Source: an uncultured Pseudomonadota bacterium (GTDB lineage Bacteria; Oederibacteriota; Muellerivitia; Muellerivitales; Muellerivitaceae). Taken from it: a stretch of DNA of 64,000 nucleotides. Shown here in pieces: positions 1 through 9,832 of the stretch (its first letter is position 1; every line of letters starts with the position of its first letter). The position numbers and the translations under genes are program-made. The notes under the pieces are model-generated. The model was given only the letters and a program-made list of their open reading frames with translations, was not told where the DNA came from and did not search any database. Location of the stretch: NCBI GenBank assembly GCA_963843375.1, contig CAWJKT010000006.1, positions 224,001-288,000 of the forward strand. The letters are read 5' to 3'.

Positions 1-284
1 TGAAATTTGATTAAGAAACCATCCATCACCTTAACCCAAACTCTAACCCCTTAATTCCCTAACTACCCCAACCATGTCAGCCAAAACATAACCCCCAAAC
101 TAATTACCCCATTAAAACCTTCTAACACCCGCCAATCTTTTCCACCTACCCACCCATTTACACCTACCCTGATATACCCCACCTACTACCTCTGAATACT
201 GCTCCGGTTTGCCTTGCCTTGCTCTTGAATCTGATTTGAATTTGAATCTGTCTCATTCTCGATTTTTAAAAATAACGTCTTCTG

Positions 285-379
285 GTTTTCCCATGCGGAG
301 AGGGCGAGCCCCCCTATCGTTTCTCGCATCCGTACTTGATGCAGAGATAGGGGGGCTCGCCATCGGAGCATGGGAAAAC
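285..379. repeat. Long imperfect inverted repeat (~95-bp hairpin), candidate origin (oriT/dso/sso) of the element
   Basis: GTTTTCCCATGC..GGCGAGCCCCCCTATC..GCATC / GATGC..GATAGGGGGGCTCGCC..GCATGGGAAAAC pair with internal bulges. Confidence 0.7.
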
Positions 380-464
380 ACCCCCTTTTAAACCGAAAAA
401 TGAAAATTTGGAGTTCCGTCCGAATGAAAGACCGAATGAAATGATTTCCACGGCCAACGGGGTG

Positions 465-1352
465 TTATTCCGACAAGGGACGACTTATCTGGAACCAGAC
501 TCTCTCAAATGGCAGGGTCGTTACCCGGCCAAAGTCGCTTACCAACCACTTGGACCGGTCCCTTTCCATGACCCAAGCTTGCAGGTAGCGGATCATCCGC
601 CGGGAGTGGGGATAGGTTTCCGAGACGACAAGCCGCCAGGCCTGGGGAAAGGCGTCGTCCAGGTTGTAGACCATCCGCTGGACCATGTTCCAGTGATAGG
701 CCGTCCGTTCGAATTCCAGGACAAAGGCCCTCCTCTCCCCCTGGAAGTCGGCCTCGAAGTATCCGTCCGGCGTCCTTCGGACCAAGGACTTGGCCCTTTC
801 ATAGGCCCTAACCCGCCAGTTCCTTTCCAGCTCCCCATTGAGGAATTCGGCCTTGGTTCGCGGGGTGATACCGGCCCGCATTTCGAAGTCGCTGACCCAA
901 AAGATGTCTTCCAGGGTAGGGGTGGCCTCCAAGGTGATTCTTAGCTCCTGAACCATAAGGTCATGCTGTCTCTCGTAGGGGTTGATTCGGATGGGGTGTT
1001 TTCGGCCCATGACAATCATCCGCCCTGTCTCGTCCAGGGTACGGATGGCCGGAAGGGTCAGGAAGTAGAAGTTATGCGCGAACATATTTTCCTTTTCAAA
1101 AAGCAGAAAACCTTTTTTGACGTATTTGCTGAGGACGTAACAGGCGTTTCGGTAGGTGCCTTGGGGATAAAACTTTTTTTGGAAAAGCTGTGGGATGGTG
1201 AACTTGTTGGAGTGAATCCAGGCGAGGTGTTGGGCTTCGGTATCGTTGATTTCCAGGTATTGGCTCACGGGCGGCTTCCTTGCAGGGAGATTGCCTTCAT
1301 GCCTTTTGGACGATTCATTTCTCCTTTCCCTCCCAAAAATTTTAAGTGTCAT
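465..1352 (-). CDS. Replication-relaxation (Replic_Relax-like) family protein
   Basis: N-terminal wHTH-like region, HDLMV motif, then PD-(D/E)xK-like 'PDGYF...VLEFERT'. Confidence 0.7.
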   Translation of the reverse strand: MTLKIFGRERRNESSKRHEGNLPARKPPVSQYLEINDTEAQHLAWIHSNKFTIPQLFQKKFYPQGTYRNACYVLSKYVKKGFLLFEKENMFAHNFYFLTLPAIRTLDETGRMIVMGRKHPIRINPYERQHDLMVQELRITLEATPTLEDIFWVSDFEMRAGITPRTKAEFLNGELERNWRVRAYERAKSLVRRTPDGYFEADFQGERRAFVLEFERTAYHWNMVQRMVYNLDDAFPQAWRLVVSETYPHSRRMIRYLQAWVMERDRSKWLVSDFGRVTTLPFERVWFQISRPLSE

Positions 1353-1370
1353 AAAAATCTATTGCGTCCA

Positions 1371-1475
1371 ATCCATGGTCATCCATGGTTAACGATGGTT
1401 ACGGAGAATGCTCATAAAGCATCACTACCGATCACAAGTGGCAGTCAGCGGCAGTAAGTGACGGTCAGTGACATT
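1371..1475. repeat. Two sets of tandem 10-bp imperfect direct repeats (iteron/operator-like)
   Basis: ATCCATGGTC ATCCATGGTT AACGATGGTT (1371-1400); AAGTGGCAGT CAGCGGCAGT AAGTGACGGT CAGTGACATT (1436-1475). Confidence 0.6.
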
Positions 1476-1786
1476 TCAAAAAATTATTTACTTTTCAAAG
1501 AAACGTTTAGGGTCGCAAAACAGTCAAAAGAAATATCACAAAGTACGGCGGTGACGGATGACACGAACAATTTGAATTTCAGATTTTGCATTTAAAGGGC
1601 GATTACTGCCCCGAAGATTTCGCCCTCGCAAGTTGTTCCGCTTCGACAACCAAAAACAAAATTCCAAGTCAATCAGCCCGGAGAATCCCCCAAACCTTGA
1701 ACGCTTCACAACCCAATTTTCCACCCCTCCAAAGAGGACTCCTAGGAGGGTCTTTTATTTTAAATTTTGAAAAAGGGAGGTAGGTC

Positions 1787-2041
1787 ATGGTGGATCGCAG
1801 AAAGAATATCGAGCGGCGGAATTTCCTAATGTCGGACAAAGACATTGCCGAAAAAGCCGGTGTTTCCCCCAATACCGTCCGCTATTGGCGGCAGACCGGC
1901 ATCCTCCCTTTCGTGAAGGTCGGCAAGTATCCGAGGGTTTGGCATTCGGTGTTCCTGCAAGTTTTTAAAATACCCCTTTCATCTTGGACGGACCCTGCTG
2001 ATAAAATGCCAAGTGCTGGGGACATTAGGAGGGACGAATGA
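1787..2041 (+). CDS. Helix-turn-helix excisionase-like protein
   Basis: 'DIAEKAGVSPNTVRYWRQTGILPFVKVGKYPRV' MerR/Xis-type HTH; stop overlaps the integrase start (ATGA). Confidence 0.8.
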   Translation: MVDRRKNIERRNFLMSDKDIAEKAGVSPNTVRYWRQTGILPFVKVGKYPRVWHSVFLQVFKIPLSSWTDPADKMPSAGDIRRDE

Positions 2042-3153
2042 GTAGACCTAATGTTCATGGATTGCCCCAATTTCTCCGCAAGGACGAAAAGGGGTATTTC
2101 CTGGATTACTTCGTTGAAGAAGGGGGAATCAAAAAGCGCAAGAGGGTGAGGCTGGGCCAGATACCCGTGGCCCAAGCCAAGAAGGTGCTGGCCCAACACA
2201 TGCAAGAAATGGTGGAGTGTAAGTACTTGGCTCCCGAAAAACCGGAGGTCACTTTTTCCGAGGCGGCGGATTCGTTCCTGGCCTATTCCGAGGCAAGAAG
2301 GAAAAGCCATGAGAACGACATCCAGATGGTCAAGAGGCTCAAGGACTATTTCGGCAACAGGCCCTTGCGAAGCTTGACGCCCGATGTGGTGGAGGGGTTC
2401 TTGACTCACCGGCGGAAGGTGGGCAACCAGGCCCCCGGCGAGCAGAGGACGGGAAAGCCCCTATCCAATAGCACGCTGAACCGGGACCTCGGCGTTCTCA
2501 AGAGCATCGTGAACCGGGCGGTCTTCAACGGCTTGTTGGAGAAAAACCCGATTCAGCGGGTGCGGGCCTTCAAGGAAGAATCCCGCGACCGCACCTTGAC
2601 GAACGAGGAATACCAAGCCCTTTTGGGTTATTGCTCCCCGCGCCTTTCCGCCATCGTCCAGTTGGCTTATTGGACGGGCATGAGGAAGGGGGAGATTTTG
2701 GGTTTGCGGTGGGAACAGGTGGACTTTCAAAACAAGGTCATCATCCTGGAAGCCGCGGACACCAAGACCCAGGAGAAACGGGAGGTTCCCTTGACGGAGG
2801 CCCTAGCGAGCCTCTTGAAACGGATACCCAAAACCCTGGGATGCCCCCAGGTTTTCACCGAGAGGGGAAAGCGCATCCTCGACATCAAGACCGCTTTTCT
2901 CAAGGCCGTCCGCGCGGCGGGGATCAAGAACTTCCGGTTCCATGACCTCCGGCATTGCGCGGTCACGAACCTAAGAAAGGCGGGGGTGAACGACTCGGTC
3001 ATCATGTCCATATCGGGCCATAAGACCTACGCGATGTTCAAACGGTATAACCGGATCGACCGGCAGGACCGGGTGAACGCGCTGAAGCAGGTTGAGAGGC
3101 AGTTTGACACGGATATGACACGGAGCGGGTCCGGGCAGTTGGTGAAGTCGTAG
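2038..3153 (+). CDS. Tyrosine recombinase/phage-type integrase
   Basis: Catalytic motifs TGMRKGE, FHDLRH, SGHKT...Y. Confidence 0.95.
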   Translation: MSRPNVHGLPQFLRKDEKGYFLDYFVEEGGIKKRKRVRLGQIPVAQAKKVLAQHMQEMVECKYLAPEKPEVTFSEAADSFLAYSEARRKSHENDIQMVKRLKDYFGNRPLRSLTPDVVEGFLTHRRKVGNQAPGEQRTGKPLSNSTLNRDLGVLKSIVNRAVFNGLLEKNPIQRVRAFKEESRDRTLTNEEYQALLGYCSPRLSAIVQLAYWTGMRKGEILGLRWEQVDFQNKVIILEAADTKTQEKREVPLTEALASLLKRIPKTLGCPQVFTERGKRILDIKTAFLKAVRAAGIKNFRFHDLRHCAVTNLRKAGVNDSVIMSISGHKTYAMFKRYNRIDRQDRVNALKQVERQFDTDMTRSGSGQLVKS

Positions 3154-3168
3154 AATCGTTGAAAAATA

Positions 3169-3246
3169 TGGCGGGGTTGACGGGGCTCGAACCCGCGACC
3201 TCCTGCGTGACAGGCAGGCGCTCTAACCAAGCTGAGCTACAACCCC
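3169..3246 (-). tRNA. tRNA-Asp (GTC), CCA encoded
   Basis: Reverse complement GGGGTTGTAGCTCAGCTTGGTTAGAGCGCCTGCCT-GTC-ACGCAGGAGGTCGCGGGTTCGAGCCCCGTCAACCCCGCCA folds as a cloverleaf. Confidence 0.97.
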
Positions 3247-3394
3247 TAGCAGAAGGAAGAAAAAGCGGAAGGAACATCTATCGCTTTGTCACGACGACCC
3301 AAAGGCCATTCCCCTCAAGGGAAGCGAAACGAGGACGTATATTAATGGGCAGGTCCTATTTAGTCAAGCAACTCAAAATCCGGGTAGTGGCCCA

Positions 3395-6300
3395 TTAAGA
3401 AACGGGCTGTGGGGCTAATTCTTTGACGGGTTTTTGAATTCTGAACTTCTTCACCGAAAATCGTGACATGGAGTTCTTCGTGATGCTCTTGGCGGAAAGC
3501 TTGTAGAGATACTCGCCGTCGAGTTTTCCCGCAGCGTCCCAAATGGTCACGGCATAAGCTCCGCCTTCCCTTTTCTCCTCAACTTTCCCCACTAAGCCGC
3601 CCGTTGAATCAAAGACTTCCAAAGTCACGTTGCAGTCTTCTTTCAGAAAATAGTAAAAACGCAAGGGTCCGGGCTTGGGAGGCTGGGGAAAAATTCCCAT
3701 ATCTTCCGTAAAGACCGCGTCTTCAAGTACTTCATCCACCGAGATCGTGATGTCCTTTATGCGCAAAACCGGAAACTGGTCGCTGTAAAGACGAATCTCG
3801 TATTTTCCCTCGGGAAGACCCGAAAAGTTGAAATGTCCTTTGGGATCGGTCATCACCGTGGCCGCCACTTTATCACCTTTCATCATTTCTAATTTAGTGC
3901 CGGAAATGGGGGTCACCCCGTCCTTGCGGAGGAATGTTCCATAAACCTTGCCCAACCGCTGGATTTTCACCCGACGCCGCGAGGACAGGAGTCCGGGCTT
4001 GCCCTTTTTCCCGACCGCCGCGACGTGGAAATACCAGGTTCCTTCCTGGATGTCCCTTAATTGGATCGAACGTTCGGTGGTGAACTGGTCTTCGGAAGTA
4101 AGCGTTTCGATTTCGTTGGAGCTAAATTTATAAATATATCCCACGGGTTTATAACTGCCATCGTGCCGGTCATCCCAGGTGAAAAGGGGTTCATAGTGGT
4201 TGACCGCCTCATCCTCCGCCGGATGGGTGGGGCTTGACACCACCGGGGGAGGCATTTCCCCCGCCGCGACAAGGGCCATAAAATGGGTAGGCTCGGAAAG
4301 ATTACCCGCCTTGTCCTTGACCACCGCGTGAAAGTACCAAACTCCGGGCTCGGAGGATTTCAAGCTCACGATATTTTCCGTCGTCCTTTGGGCCTCGTTG
4401 GGTAGGGGCCGGGTGTCCGCCTTGCGGTCAAAAACATAATAGAAGCTCTCAACCCCTGACAATTTTGGGGCCGAGGCCATGTGAAACTCCAGTTTGTTGG
4501 AGGCGTACCAACGCTGCGAATCGGGATGAGTGGTTGAGGTGACCTGGGGAGCGGAAGGTTTGGAAAGGTCAATTTTGAGTCGGTAATGGGCCGCCTGTTC
4601 GCTGATATTGCCCGCTTTGTCCTTTGCGATCAGATGGAAATACCAAATGCCGCCTTCTAGGTTGGATAATTCCATTCGTCGGCCATCCACGAAATTGGAA
4701 GCTTCCGCCGTGGGTTTAGCGTTGGGGCTTTGATCCAAAAGATAATAGTAACCGGCGATGCCGGTGGCGTCCGCAGGGGCGTCCCAAATGAGAACGGGTG
4801 AGTTATGTGAGCTCCAGTCATCGCTGGAATGGGTGGGACTAGTGACCGTTGGAACCCCCACGCCATGGTCCGAAAGGGAAGCCGCCGTGGTGTTACCCTC
4901 ATGCTGTTCGTTGCCCATCCGGTCCACGGCCTGGATGCAATAATAGTAAACTGTGTTTTCTTTAAGCCCATCGCCCTTATCCGTGAAAACCGTTGTCTTG
5001 ATTTCCCCGTCAGTGGAGATTTTTTCTTTCTTGCCGCCTTCCAGCCACCGGTAGATCCGGTAATAGTCGGTGCCGGAAACCTTGTCCGCGACCGGGTTCC
5101 ATTTGAGTTCAATGTCTCCCCCCGTCTTGGGTGTAGCCTTTAACTGGGTAACCGCCGCCGGGGGTGAGATATCCGGGGTGGTGGCGGCCATCTCGCTCTC
5201 GGGGTAGAGTTCCAAGTTGCCGGCGTTGTCTTTGGCTCGGCATCGAAAGGCGTGCCGCTTTCCATCCTGCCCCTGGTAAACACCGTTGGATTCGGTCACG
5301 TTGGTCAGCCAGTCGGTCCAAGAGCCGTTATCGGTCTTGACCTGGACATCGTAAGAAGAGATGCCGCTATGAGCGTCGGTAGAACTCCATTCAAGGTAAA
5401 CCTGGGTCTTGTCCAACATGGCCGCAAGGGGTTTCATTTGAGACTTGGGTGCCGCGGTATCGATCAAGATGGGATAGTGAGCCGCTTCCTTCCCAACGTT
5501 ACCTACCATATCTTTCACGTTAACGTGGAAGAACCATTTACCATCCTTGAGAGCCGGGGCCGTAAGGGATGTTTCGGTGACCCACTTGCCATTTCCCGGT
5601 CCCGGTATGGTATGGGGTTGAGAATCGAGCGCGAGGTAATAACCTTCCACTCCCGATTGCTCCCGGGGTGGGTCCCACATGAATTTCGGGGCTGTCGTCT
5701 TAACCCATTGGTTTGGGGGATGGGTGGAGCTTTTGATAAAAGCTACCCCCGCTTCACTGTCTATCCGCATCTTGAAATGGGCGCAAGCGCTGACGTTTCC
5801 CGCCTTGTCCTTGGAACATACATGGAGGAACCAGATGCCATCTTCCGCGACCGTGGCAATGGTTCCCCGCCCCGTGGTCCAGGTCATGGATTTCAAGTCG
5901 GCAGTCCAGTTCTCGTCGCCGTTGAGCGCGTAGTAATAACCATCGATGCCCGAAAGGTCTCCGGGATCTTTCCACACGAATTCCACTCGCCGGGTTCCAT
6001 ACCACTTTTCGGGCAAGGAATGACTGGGTGACGAAACAACCGGGCTTTCGGCAATCGTGTCCAGACGGACGCGGAAAGTGGCAACTTCCTTTGATATATT
6101 CCCCGCCACGTCCTGGCAAACCACTGAAAGGATATGCACCCCGTCCCGAGGAATATCCAGGTTGATTTCGTTCTTATCCGTAAAGGAAGAAGATCTGGGA
6201 TCGGGGGTAATTTGGGGGTCTTCGGAAAAGGTGTAATAAAAACCCGTGATCCCCGAAAGATCATCGGGCGGCGTCAGTTTAAACACCGCCTTGGGCTTGG

Positions 6301-8968
6301 AATACCATTGTTCCTGTTCCGGGTGGCTGGGGGAGGAGACAAAAGCCCTAGCTACCTCCGTATCCACGTGCAGGGGGTAATGCACCGCCTTCCAATCCAC
6401 GTTGCCCGCCTTGTCCTTGGTGGTGATGTGGAAGTACCAAAGTCCGTCGTCGGTGAGTTCGAAGGAAACCATGCGCTGGCTGGTAAAAAGGGAGTTTTTG
6501 TCGTTGGGTACCGTATCGGCCTTGCGATCGATGTTGTAGTAATATCCCTCGATTCCGGAATGTTCGAATGGGTCCTCCCAATTCAAAACCACCCGTCGGT
6601 CCCGGTACCAGTGGGTCGTTTCCGAATGGGTGGAGGAAGATACCTGGGGCGGGCTGACCAAGGTATCGACGCAGATTTTGATATGCCCCGCCTGGGGAGA
6701 AATATTTTCGGCCTTATCCTTGGTGCGGACATGAACGAACCATTGGCCGTCCTGAATCTCGTCAAAGGTGATCTTGGTCTTTTCGGTCCATTGAGCATTC
6801 TCCGGATCCGGCAGGGTCATGGGGTCGTGGTCAATGCAGTAATAATATCCTTCCACACCTGAAAGGTCGTGGGGAGGGTTGATATGAACTTCCACTTTGT
6901 TGTTGGAATACCATTGGTCGCTCTGGGGATGGCTGGTGGAAGAAAGAGTAGGGGCCAAGGCTTTGGTGTCGATGCGAATGGGGTAATGGGAGGCCCGGAT
7001 ACCCACGTTGCCGGCCTCATCCTGGGTGGAGATGTGCAGGTACCAAAAGCCGTCCTCGAAGGGCCCCAGCGTCTTGCGGGTTTCCTGCGTAAAATCCCCC
7101 GCTCCCGGGCCCGGTACGGTGGTCGGCTCGTGATCGGCTTTTATGAAATAGCCTTTGATGCCCGATAAGTCCTTGGGTGTTTCCCAAGAAATAACCGGAG
7201 TGGGATTGGCAACCCACTTCTCGCTCTCGGGATGAGTAGAACTAGTCACCTTGACTGGCGGGGCCGCCTCCGTATCCACCAGAATCTTGAAATGGGAGGC
7301 TTGGCTCCCAATATTTCCCGCTTCATCCACTCCCACCACGTGGAAGTACCAGGTTCCCTGGGGGGTTGAGGAAAGAGCTACCCGCTTGTCCTCGGTATAA
7401 GAGGCTTCGGGCGGAGCGGGTAAAGTTTCGGGATAATGGTTCAAAAGGAAATAATAGCCCCGCAGCGGGGTGAGCGAATGCAGAAGGATTTCAATATCAC
7501 TGTTTTTCTCCCATTTCCCCGGATGAGAATGGGTGGGAGAGGTGATAGAGGGTGGCGGAACGCTCGGCGTAAAAAATGAAGCCGTCTCGCTCACCGAGAG
7601 CGAGGAAGTGCGATAGGCGCTTACCACCTTGAATTCATACTCGGTTTCGGATTTCAAGTCGGTCAAATGAATCCGGTGCCGTAATTTCATTCCCTTATCA
7701 ATGATGACTTTGCGTAAATCCTGATCTTCTTTTTTCTCGCCGTAATGGACTTCGGAAGTGGCGGAAATGTCGGTGGTCCAGGTAAGAAGAGCGCTGGAAG
7801 AGGAAAGCCTTTCCACCGTTAATTCCGAGATCGCCGGCATTCGGGCCATGTCAAAGGTGGAGCGTATAAGAGTGCCTCGGTTTTCGGTTCCAGCATAAAG
7901 GTAGTCGCCGAAAAGGGCGAAGGCCCGGACGCCCTCCTCATCGCCGGCAAAAGCCGTTTTCCAATCGGTCCCTTCGCTGGTCTTTAAAACCCTTCCCGAG
8001 TTGCCAGTCCCGGCGTAAAGAGCGTTCTCGAAAACTTCCATGCAGTAGAGGTTCAATTCACGGGCCGTCTCGTAAACGCATAGCCAGTCCAGACCGTTTT
8101 CGGTTCGGTAAATTTTCACGCCCTTGGGGCTGGAGGTTCCAGCGTAAAGGGCCCCGTTGAATTCCTGAAAGCACTGGATGAAATTCTGTCCCGTGGCGGT
8201 CATTTCCTCCCAATTAAATCCATCGGTGGAGGCGAAGATAAGCCCGCTGGGATAGGTGCCCGCGAAAATTTGGTCGTTGAAAATACCCAGGCAGGTGACG
8301 GCCACCTCGCTGAGGGAACCCACGGTGTTCCATTGGGTTCCGTCATAGGCGTATATCTTGCCTTTGGAACTGGTGCCCGCGTAAAGCCTTCCCTTGAATT
8401 CCAAGAGGGAATGGATGCGGTCCTCATCGGTGGTAAAGGCTTCCTTCCAATTTTCCCCATCGGTAGTCTGGTAGATACCGCCGTTGAGGTTGGTTCCGGC
8501 GTAAAGGACGGCTTCCTTGCCGGGAGAGGCGTAGACGCAAAGGCAGTAAATCTGGGTGACATAATCCCCCTTGCCTTCCTTGGCGTCCCCGACGGTGGAG
8601 AAGAACTTGGGATTCATTTGGGTAACGGGGATTTTTTTCCAGGAACCCGGCGCGCCGCTGCTGGATCGAAGGATCAGGTCCTGTCCCGTGGCGGCATAGA
8701 GATAACCCCGGTACTCCACCAAATCGTAAATAGTGGTAATGCCCTTGAATTCCTCAAGGCTTTCGAAAAAAGCGGGCGTGGCGGAGGTGAAATAAAGGTC
8801 GATGACGTTTTTGAGCTGTTCGAGGGCTTCTTTGGGGGTCTTACCCTGGGCCTGACAACCGGGAAGAAGCGAACAGCGGGCCACCACGTTGCCATGGGCG
8901 CGGGTTTCCAGTTCAATGGGAAACTCGTAAGGAAAATATTTTTTTTGGATTTTTTCTTCTTTTTTCAA
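3395..8968 (-). CDS. 1857-aa multidomain protein: N-terminal HicB-like domain, beta-propeller, FN3, ~10 Ig-like 'SxTHP...WYFH...DKAGN' repeats, carboxypeptidase-regulatory-like and C-terminal FlgD-like domains
   Basis: Continuous ORF; LPGCQAQGKTPKEAL motif; 'LYAGT' blade repeats; ~100-aa repeats visible in the translation. Confidence 0.8.
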   Translation of the reverse strand: MKKEEKIQKKYFPYEFPIELETRAHGNVVARCSLLPGCQAQGKTPKEALEQLKNVIDLYFTSATPAFFESLEEFKGITTIYDLVEYRGYLYAATGQDLILRSSSGAPGSWKKIPVTQMNPKFFSTVGDAKEGKGDYVTQIYCLCVYASPGKEAVLYAGTNLNGGIYQTTDGENWKEAFTTDEDRIHSLLEFKGRLYAGTSSKGKIYAYDGTQWNTVGSLSEVAVTCLGIFNDQIFAGTYPSGLIFASTDGFNWEEMTATGQNFIQCFQEFNGALYAGTSSPKGVKIYRTENGLDWLCVYETARELNLYCMEVFENALYAGTGNSGRVLKTSEGTDWKTAFAGDEEGVRAFALFGDYLYAGTENRGTLIRSTFDMARMPAISELTVERLSSSSALLTWTTDISATSEVHYGEKKEDQDLRKVIIDKGMKLRHRIHLTDLKSETEYEFKVVSAYRTSSLSVSETASFFTPSVPPPSITSPTHSHPGKWEKNSDIEILLHSLTPLRGYYFLLNHYPETLPAPPEASYTEDKRVALSSTPQGTWYFHVVGVDEAGNIGSQASHFKILVDTEAAPPVKVTSSTHPESEKWVANPTPVISWETPKDLSGIKGYFIKADHEPTTVPGPGAGDFTQETRKTLGPFEDGFWYLHISTQDEAGNVGIRASHYPIRIDTKALAPTLSSTSHPQSDQWYSNNKVEVHINPPHDLSGVEGYYYCIDHDPMTLPDPENAQWTEKTKITFDEIQDGQWFVHVRTKDKAENISPQAGHIKICVDTLVSPPQVSSSTHSETTHWYRDRRVVLNWEDPFEHSGIEGYYYNIDRKADTVPNDKNSLFTSQRMVSFELTDDGLWYFHITTKDKAGNVDWKAVHYPLHVDTEVARAFVSSPSHPEQEQWYSKPKAVFKLTPPDDLSGITGFYYTFSEDPQITPDPRSSSFTDKNEINLDIPRDGVHILSVVCQDVAGNISKEVATFRVRLDTIAESPVVSSPSHSLPEKWYGTRRVEFVWKDPGDLSGIDGYYYALNGDENWTADLKSMTWTTGRGTIATVAEDGIWFLHVCSKDKAGNVSACAHFKMRIDSEAGVAFIKSSTHPPNQWVKTTAPKFMWDPPREQSGVEGYYLALDSQPHTIPGPGNGKWVTETSLTAPALKDGKWFFHVNVKDMVGNVGKEAAHYPILIDTAAPKSQMKPLAAMLDKTQVYLEWSSTDAHSGISSYDVQVKTDNGSWTDWLTNVTESNGVYQGQDGKRHAFRCRAKDNAGNLELYPESEMAATTPDISPPAAVTQLKATPKTGGDIELKWNPVADKVSGTDYYRIYRWLEGGKKEKISTDGEIKTTVFTDKGDGLKENTVYYYCIQAVDRMGNEQHEGNTTAASLSDHGVGVPTVTSPTHSSDDWSSHNSPVLIWDAPADATGIAGYYYLLDQSPNAKPTAEASNFVDGRRMELSNLEGGIWYFHLIAKDKAGNISEQAAHYRLKIDLSKPSAPQVTSTTHPDSQRWYASNKLEFHMASAPKLSGVESFYYVFDRKADTRPLPNEAQRTTENIVSLKSSEPGVWYFHAVVKDKAGNLSEPTHFMALVAAGEMPPPVVSSPTHPAEDEAVNHYEPLFTWDDRHDGSYKPVGYIYKFSSNEIETLTSEDQFTTERSIQLRDIQEGTWYFHVAAVGKKGKPGLLSSRRRVKIQRLGKVYGTFLRKDGVTPISGTKLEMMKGDKVAATVMTDPKGHFNFSGLPEGKYEIRLYSDQFPVLRIKDITISVDEVLEDAVFTEDMGIFPQPPKPGPLRFYYFLKEDCNVTLEVFDSTGGLVGKVEEKREGGAYAVTIWDAAGKLDGEYLYKLSAKSITKNSMSRFSVKKFRIQKPVKELAPQPVS

Positions 8969-9159
8969 CCCAACCCACCTGAGTTAAAGCAATGTCGTAA
9001 AGGTATTGTCGCCGGAATCGCCAGCCAAGGGGACTATTTTAATCAAAGGCCCGAAGGTTGACAGTAACATTATCAACCGGTAATTCATCAGGAATGAGAG
9101 CGATTAGGGGGGGCATTCTCATATTCATGGGGCTTTAGCGGAACAGGGATCTTCTCGAC

Positions 9160-9690
9160 CTAGGGGGTACTGGAATCCAAATCGGTCGCTTCCGGTTTCA
9201 ATTCGGCGAAGGTCCTCAAAACCTCGGTGGTTAGATCCACCCCGTTTTTGACGCCGACCACATCATTCTTATTCAGCACCAGGGCGATTTGGTATTTCTT
9301 GGCGATCCCGATTATAACGTCCTTGATGCGGACCGTCAGCTTTTCCATCATTTCCTGGTTGCGCTCTTGCAATTCGTTCTGGATGCGGTTTTTCTCTTCC
9401 TGATAGTTCTGGTTTGCTTCCTCGAACTCTTTTTCCTTCTGCTTTCTTTCCCGGCTGGACAAGGCGCCCTTCGGGTCGCTCAGTACCCCTTGAAGGTCTC
9501 TCAAGGCCGATTCCAAATCGGCCAAATCCTGCCTTTTCTCCTGGGCTAATTCGTCAAACTTCTTCTGGGCCTTGGTGGTTCCGGGATATTGTTTGTAAAG
9601 TTCCTGCATATCCACGACGCCCACCACAAAATCTTTCGCCGTCGCCGCCGACGCGGCCAGAAAGAAACACAAAAGGATCAGGAAGCGCAT
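9160..9690 (-). CDS. skp: OmpH/Skp family periplasmic chaperone
   Basis: Signal peptide, 'VGVVDMQEL', coiled coil, 'DLTTEVL' C-terminus. Confidence 0.85.
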   Translation of the reverse strand: MRFLILLCFFLAASAATAKDFVVGVVDMQELYKQYPGTTKAQKKFDELAQEKRQDLADLESALRDLQGVLSDPKGALSSRERKQKEKEFEEANQNYQEEKNRIQNELQERNQEMMEKLTVRIKDVIIGIAKKYQIALVLNKNDVVGVKNGVDLTTEVLRTFAELKPEATDLDSSTP

Positions 9691-9832
9691 AAGACATCCT
9701 CTCAAAAAGATTGAAATTCCATCCGAAACTTCGCTCGATAGAATAACCCCAATTTTTGTTTTGAGTAGTAAAAAAACTTAGAAAGCGGAATTTTCTTTCC
9801 CCTTATCTAATCTAAGTGCAGGACGGTTAAAT

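Larger units (their letters stand above)
1..3168. mobile_element. Right-hand part of an integrative element inserted at the 3' end of tRNA-Asp (left boundary outside the window)
   Basis: Tyrosine integrase ends 15 bp from the tRNA CCA end; preceded by an HTH/excisionase and a divergent Replic_Relax-type gene. Confidence 0.85.

Noticed and set aside
1365..1375. CGTCCAATCC match to the variant left arm inside the tRNA-Asp element
   Set aside because: Single 10-mer without core or right arm; plausible by chance and overlaps a different repeat set.
3027..3398. ORFs overlapping tRNA-Asp, and the many antisense ORFs inside long genes
   Set aside because: Shadow frames of the tRNA and of GC-rich coding sequence.
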